The position numbers and the translations under genes are program-made. A DNA stretch of 64,000 nt, from assembly GCA_963804645.1 (NCBI GenBank), contig CAWDRG010000001.1:128696-192695 (forward strand), given 5' to 3'. The notes below the pieces were generated by a model. It saw nothing but the letters and a program-made list of their open reading frames with translations. It was not told where the DNA came from and ran no database searches. Position 1 is the first letter of the stretch, and each line of letters starts with the position of its first letter. The DNA is from an uncultured Bacillota bacterium (GTDB lineage: Bacteria > Sysuimicrobiota > Sysuimicrobiia > Sysuimicrobiales > Segetimicrobiaceae). Of the stretch, positions 58,834 through 64,000 are shown piece after piece.

Positions 58834-60385
58834 TCCTCGACACCTCCCGCAGACGCTTGAGGACGAACTGGCGATCCAGCGAGGCCATGAGCCAGCCCGC
58901 CTGCGGACCCGAGTCCTTTCCCAAGAACGCCTGGTAGATCGCGCCGAACGCCTCGCGCGGGCTGAGCCCCAACTCGGCTTTCAGCTCGTGCAGGTACGCG
59001 TGCAGGGTGTCCCCGCTCCACGCGTCGGTGCTCAGCGCGTCCGCAATCCTCGTCAAATACGCCCGCTGCGCCGCGGTCAGCGACGCCGCGGTCTCCGGCA
59101 CCGTCTCCCGGACCTGGAACTTGTAGTGCTCCGGCGCGTAGGTCGCCAGCCACCGCCGCGCGTCGGCGACCCGAAGGTCGAGCTCGACCCGGTCGGCGTC
59201 GGTCAGCGGCGCACCTTTCTCACGCGCGACCGCGCGCACGAGGTCGATGGACGGCATCTGCGTGAGATACGCGATCTTCGCGAACCGCGGCCGATAGCAG
59301 TGCGGCGGCAGGGCGTCGACCCGCGCGAAGTAGAACGTCCGCGCGAGATCCGGATTCTCAGCATCGTGGTAAAAGGCCGCCGCGGCCCGATCGTACTCGT
59401 CGTAGAGATTCGGGATCGTCTCGCCGGCCGGGTCGAACTCCACCTGGCGCCGGGGCAGCGGCCGCACGATGAGGAACCGCGCGAGCTCCGCCCGCAACAC
59501 TTCCAGAATCTCCGACGCGGTGGCGCCGACCGCCTTCGACGTACTCATCTTCTTGCCGCCGTACAGCACGAACTCGTACGCGAACGAGAACGGCGCGGGC
59601 CGCCCGAACACCTGCTCGCTGATCGCGCGCGCCACGTCGTGGGTCCCGCCGCGCGTCATGTGGTCCTTGCCGGCACCCTCGACGGTGACGCCGAGCACCG
59701 ACCACTTCGCCGGCCACTCGACGCGGTAGAGGAGCTTCGCGGCGCCGCCGAACGGGCTCCGTTTGCCGCGGTACCCGCACCCCTCGGCCCACGCCACCTT
59801 GTCGGCTTCACAGACGTACTCGACCTCGCGGCCGTCCCACGCCACGATGCTGGTCGTCCCGATGCGCCCGCACCGCTCGCAGACGACCTGCACCGGCCAC
59901 CACCGGTCGTCGATCCGCTTGCTGTGAGCGACGTCGCGGTAGATCTCGCGAATGCGTTCCACCTGATCGAGCGCCCGCCGGATCCCGTCGTCGAACTTGC
60001 CCGCGCGGTACATCTCGGTGGTGCGGTAGATGTCGGGATGGGCGCCGAGCCGCTGGAACGCGCCGGCGAACTCGGCGGCATAGTAGTGCCCGTAGCTCGG
60101 GGCGAGGCCGTCCGGGGACGGGATCGTCGAAAAGGGCATCCCCATGTAGCGGGCGTACTCGGGCAGGGACGGCGGGAGGTCGTCCATCGGGTCGTAGTCG
60201 TCGAATCCGTACACAAACGACGTCTCGACGCCCGCGTCCCGCAGCGCCCGCGCCACGCAGTCGTGCATCAGGACGCCGCGAAGCGATCCGACCGGCACGT
60301 GCCCCGATGGCGTCTTCGCATCGTTCACGACGTGCGGGCCCGGTGAGTGCCGCAGCAGCTCTTCGGCCAGCTGGTCTACCCACAT
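58823..60385 (-). CDS. lysS: Lysine--tRNA ligase, class I
   Basis: TPSG, DDYD, CxxC, EWPAKW, GKDH, KMSTSK. Confidence 0.93.
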   Translation of the reverse strand: MWVDQLAEELLRHSPGPHVVNDAKTPSGHVPVGSLRGVLMHDCVARALRDAGVETSFVYGFDDYDPMDDLPPSLPEYARYMGMPFSTIPSPDGLAPSYGHYYAAEFAGAFQRLGAHPDIYRTTEMYRAGKFDDGIRRALDQVERIREIYRDVAHSKRIDDRWWPVQVVCERCGRIGTTSIVAWDGREVEYVCEADKVAWAEGCGYRGKRSPFGGAAKLLYRVEWPAKWSVLGVTVEGAGKDHMTRGGTHDVARAISEQVFGRPAPFSFAYEFVLYGGKKMSTSKAVGATASEILEVLRAELARFLIVRPLPRRQVEFDPAGETIPNLYDEYDRAAAAFYHDAENPDLARTFYFARVDALPPHCYRPRFAKIAYLTQMPSIDLVRAVAREKGAPLTDADRVELDLRVADARRWLATYAPEHYKFQVRETVPETAASLTAAQRAYLTRIADALSTDAWSGDTLHAYLHELKAELGLSPREAFGAIYQAFLGKDSGPQAGWLMASLDRQFVLKRLREVSRNAA

Positions 60386-60391
60386 GGCGCG

Positions 60392-61723
60392 TTACCTTCT
60401 CGCCTGCGTCGCGGGCTTCCTCCGGAGCAGCCGTTCGCGTGCCTCGCCGACCATATAGAACGAGCCGGTGACCACCAGCACGTCGTCCGGGCCCATCAGA
60501 CGCCGCGCCTCGTCCAGCGCCTGCGCCCGATCTTCGATCGCCACGACGTTCGGCGTGTGGCGCCGGACCTCCGCGGCCAGCTGCTCGGCCGTGAGCGCGT
60601 GGGGGTTGTCGGGTCGGGTCGTGACCACCTGGTGCGCCAGGGGGGCGATCAGCGCGGTCACCGCGTGGTAGTCCTTCGTCGCGAGCATCCCGAACAGCAG
60701 CACCAGGCGCCGTCCCCCGAGCAGTTCGCGGAGGGTGTCGCGAAGCGCCAGCATCGACGCGGGGTTGTGGCCGGCGTCGACGATCGTATACGGGCGGGTG
60801 TCCACCACCTCCAGGCGCGCGGGCCAGCGGACGGCCCCAAGCGCCGCGCGGACGGTGTCGCGGGACACCCGAATCCCCAGCCCGCCCAGGGCTTCGACCG
60901 CCGCGATCGCGGTCGCCGCGTTCTGCGCCTGGTGACGCCCGACGAGCGGGACCCGCACGTCGTAGCGGCCGCCTTCGCCGTCGATCACCGCGTGGACGCC
61001 GCTGAGCGAGGCCTGCTCAAGCCGCACCGGCACGTCGCGGCCGACGCGCACCAACCGCGCGCCGGCCGCCTGGGCCGCGGCGGTGATGACCCGATCGGCC
61101 TCGGGCGGCTGCGGGGCGGACACGACCCGCCCGCCGGGCCGGATAATCCCGGCCTTTTCCCCTGCGATCGCCTCGAGCGTGGTTCCGAGCAGCTCCGTGT
61201 GATCGTAGCTGATCGGCGTGATCACCGAGACGACGGGGTCGAGGGTATTCGTCGCGTCCAGCCGGCCGCCGATCCCGACCTCGACGACCGCGATGTCCAC
61301 CTGCCGGCGGACGAAGTACAGAAACGCCATCGCCACGGTGACCTCGACGTACGTCGCGAGCCCCCACGGTCCGGCGCTTGCGGCGTCCACCGCCGGCCGC
61401 ACGGCGTCGACGAGCGAGACGAGGTCGTCTTCGGGGATCATCTGGCCGTCGACCTGGATGCGCTCGCGGTAATCGACGAGGTGAGGCTTCACCGCGAGCC
61501 CGACGCGGAGCCCCGCCGCGCGCAGGATCTCGGAGACCATGATCGCGGTCGAGCCCTTGCCCTTCGTCCCGGCGATGAGGACCGCGCGCAGTTGCGCCTG
61601 CGGATCGCCGATCCGCGCCAGCAGATCGCGCATCCGCGCCAGCTTGACGTCCGTATACGGACGGCGCGGCCGCTCCGGGTGGATCAGATCCTCGAGCCAC
61701 CGCTGCGCCTCGGCGTACGTCAC
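60392..61723 (-). CDS. folC: Folylpolyglutamate synthase/dihydrofolate synthase
   Basis: AGTKGKGS, EVGIGGRLDATN, DAGHNP, TGSFY; GTG 61723. Confidence 0.94.
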   Translation of the reverse strand: MTYAEAQRWLEDLIHPERPRRPYTDVKLARMRDLLARIGDPQAQLRAVLIAGTKGKGSTAIMVSEILRAAGLRVGLAVKPHLVDYRERIQVDGQMIPEDDLVSLVDAVRPAVDAASAGPWGLATYVEVTVAMAFLYFVRRQVDIAVVEVGIGGRLDATNTLDPVVSVITPISYDHTELLGTTLEAIAGEKAGIIRPGGRVVSAPQPPEADRVITAAAQAAGARLVRVGRDVPVRLEQASLSGVHAVIDGEGGRYDVRVPLVGRHQAQNAATAIAAVEALGGLGIRVSRDTVRAALGAVRWPARLEVVDTRPYTIVDAGHNPASMLALRDTLRELLGGRRLVLLFGMLATKDYHAVTALIAPLAHQVVTTRPDNPHALTAEQLAAEVRRHTPNVVAIEDRAQALDEARRLMGPDDVLVVTGSFYMVGEARERLLRRKPATQARR

Positions 61724-62580
61724 GCGGGGCCCTCGAGCTGCCACCTCGCCGCGGCCAGCGTGTTTTCCATCAGCATCGCACGGGTCATCGGCCCGGTCCC
61801 GCCGGGCATCGGCGTGATAGCGCCCGCGACCTCGCGCACCGCCTCGAAGTCCACGTCCCCGACGAGCGCGCCGTCCGCGCGGCTGACACCCACATCGATC
61901 ACCACGGCGCCGGGCTTCACCATCTCCCGGCGAATGATGCGGGCCTGCCCGACCGCGGCGACGAGGATGTCGGCGCGCCGGGTCTCCGCGCCCAGATCTC
62001 GGGTGCGCGAATGGCACACCGTGACGGTGGCATGCCGCTGCAGCAGCAGTAGCGCCGTGGGCTTCCCGACCAGCATGCTGCGGCCGACGACCACCGCCTT
62101 GCTTCCCGAAATCTCGACACCCGCCTCGTCGATCAGCGCGAGCACCCCGAGCGGCGTGCACGGGACCAGGCGGGGCCGGCCCAGCGTCAGGCGGCCGACG
62201 TTGGACGGGGTGAGCCCGTCCACGTCCTTCTCCGGACGCAGCCGCTCGAACACGGCGTCGGGATCGATCTGGGACGGCATCGGCAGCTGCGGCAGGATCC
62301 CGTGGACGTCGGTCCGCGCGTTCAGCGCGTCGATCAGCGCGAGCAGTTCGTCCTGCGTCGTCTCGGCGGCCAGGTGAAAGGTTTCGGAGCGCATCCCGAG
62401 GCGGCCGGCGTCGCGGGCCTTCCCTTTCACGTAGGAGTGCGACGCGGGATCATCGCCGACCAGAATCGCCGCGAGGCACGGCGCGACCCCATGCCGCGCC
62501 ACGAAGGCCTGAATCTTGGCCACGAGCGCAGCACTCCGCCGCTGCTTGAGGGCGTTGCCGTCGAGGATCTTCGCCGACAC
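61720..62580 (-). CDS. folD: Methylenetetrahydrofolate dehydrogenase/cyclohydrolase
   Basis: YVKGK, EKDVDG, PCTP, GRSMLVGKP, TPMPGGTGPMT. Confidence 0.95.
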   Translation of the reverse strand: MSAKILDGNALKQRRSAALVAKIQAFVARHGVAPCLAAILVGDDPASHSYVKGKARDAGRLGMRSETFHLAAETTQDELLALIDALNARTDVHGILPQLPMPSQIDPDAVFERLRPEKDVDGLTPSNVGRLTLGRPRLVPCTPLGVLALIDEAGVEISGSKAVVVGRSMLVGKPTALLLLQRHATVTVCHSRTRDLGAETRRADILVAAVGQARIIRREMVKPGAVVIDVGVSRADGALVGDVDFEAVREVAGAITPMPGGTGPMTRAMLMENTLAAARWQLEGPA

Positions 62581-62662
62581 GTCGTCGCTCCGGCCGCCGG
62601 TCATCGAACGCACGGCGGGCCGGACATCGCCGGCCCGCCGCGGCTCGCCGCCGTCTGGGCGG

Positions 62663-62935
62663 TCAGTTGACCTCGGCCTTGAGGTCCTTGCCCGCCGTGA
62701 ATGCCGGGACCTTCTTCGAGGGAATCCGGATCTTGTCGCCGGTCTTCGGGTTGCGCCCGTCGCGGGCGGCCCGCGCCTTCACCTGAAACGTCCCAAACCC
62801 GACCACCGTAACTTTCTCCCCCTGCCGCAGCGCACGCGCGATGCTGGCGAACACCGCATCGACCGTCACCATCGCCTGCTTCTTCGTTTGCCCGGTGTCC
62901 GTTGCGACCTGATCGACCAGCTCTTCCTTATTCAT
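62663..62935 (-). CDS. hup: DNA-binding protein HU
   Basis: MNKEEL, GFGTF, RDGRNPKTG, PAFTAGK. Confidence 0.96.
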   Translation of the reverse strand: MNKEELVDQVATDTGQTKKQAMVTVDAVFASIARALRQGEKVTVVGFGTFQVKARAARDGRNPKTGDKIRIPSKKVPAFTAGKDLKAEVN

Positions 62936-63104
62936 TCATGACGCCCCCTCCGCGCTCGATCGGACCCGGAGGCAGACCTCCGGACGGGATGCGCGCCGGG
63001 TATTTCGCCGTCCTCCGCGCTCCTCCTTCGCCGGTCCCTCGGAGAAATTCCGAGCCTGCGCGGCGAGGACGGGCGCCCGACGGATCGTCGGCGGCGGTGT
63101 CACG

Positions 63105-63932
63105 TTACCCAGAACTTGGCCGCACGTGGAAGCCGAAGTTGGCCGCTGCTGCCCAGGGAAACACACGATTCCTTGGACAGACGACCCGTCCCAACCCACG
63201 GTCAGGAAGCATGCCGTGACCGAACGTACAAAATGGAAGCACAAGATAGCAGAACTGCAACACAAAGTTCAGGATCGTGAAAAACTCCGGCGACGTGCGC
63301 TGCTGGTCGGGGGTGAGCGGTTCGAGAAAATCAATCGCCGGCGCGGCTTTGGGCGCGGGCTGGCCAAGGAATGCCGACAGCGTCTGGGTCTTGTAGCCCG
63401 CTTGGACCTTCTTCACGTTGTCGAGATCGCCGGGATGGAATAGTTGCGTACGGTGGGCAGCCAAGAGAAACTCCGTCTCGCTGCGAATCACTTTCGTGAT
63501 GCCCGGTGGGACGGCGCCCGTCCAGCCGGGACCGCCGACGAGGAAGCTGCCGCCGTTGTTCCCGGTCGTGCGGCTGCCGAGATACGCGAAGTTGAACGTG
63601 TAGAGGTCAATCAACTGGACTGAGAAATACCGCCCGCTCTCGATCCCCGGCATCGTGAGCACCATCGGCTCAGCCCGGAGGTCCATACCCAGCATGGAGT
63701 AGGGTGTGTCCGAGTTGGGCGTCTGGATCACCTTGTCGTCTCGCGTGTACACGCGCGGGATGTTGCGGATCTGGTTGAACGGCGCCTTGCACTCAGGATT
63801 GTTGCGATCCACGAAGTATGCGTGCATGATCCGGTAGTTGTCCACGATCGGGTAGCCATAAACGTAAGCCTCTGTGGCGATGACGCGGGCTTCGCCAGGT
63901 GTGATGCCCGCGGGCGGCATTTCTTCCTTCAC
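63105..63932 (-). pseudogene. DUF1254-domain gene, apparently 3'-truncated
   Basis: EAYVYGYP, TPNSDTPYS, GSRTTG; family-like sequence stops after FVLQFC (~63250). Confidence 0.65.
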
Positions 63933-64000
63933 ATTCCAAGGCCGGTGTTCAACGCACGTATCTTATGCTTTTAGCGACACGGCGGAGTAGCATCCCGCAC

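Noticed and set aside
1..64000. Many long overlapping or antisense ORFs in the six-frame track (e.g. 7694-10612, 55769-57877, 57887-60346)
   Set aside because: Shadow ORFs of real genes, expected at high GC; Arg/Pro/Gly-rich with no motifs
1..64000. CRISPR array, cas genes, rRNA
   Set aside because: No regularly spaced repeats or recognisable sequences found by eye

Overview
GC-rich bacterial chromosome segment. A TolC gene (diderm envelope) occurs together with a T-box, CIRCE/HrcA, ARG boxes, a coproporphyrin-type heme operon and a class I LysRS. This suggests a diderm Terrabacteria-type lineage (inference only). Core content: macAB-tolC-like efflux operon with a two-component system, carAB, hrcA-dnaJ-prmA, murJ, rpsT, holA, thrS (two single-base frameshifts), a peptide ABC transporter, hemE-hemH-hemG, tRNA-Val(GAC), namZ, an EF-G paralogue, lysS, folC, folD and hup. 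Four insertion sequences could be delimited to the base. The most striking is an IS110/IS1111-type element (20763-22444) inserted at a CT core inside the right terminal inverted repeat of an IS256-family element (19477-22454). Its ~270-nt 3' non-coding end contains exact 7-nt antisense matches to both its target and its own circle junction (bridge/seekRNA-like guides). Its ends would assemble a TTGACA-17-TAGTAT promoter on circularisation. Also notable: a two-gene IS pairing a small Cys-rich ORF with a DDE transposase, an integrase-less Fic islet at tRNA-Val, and a candidate ~110-nt sRNA upstream of carA. No CRISPR array or rRNA was seen. All product calls come from motif recognition by eye, not database searches.
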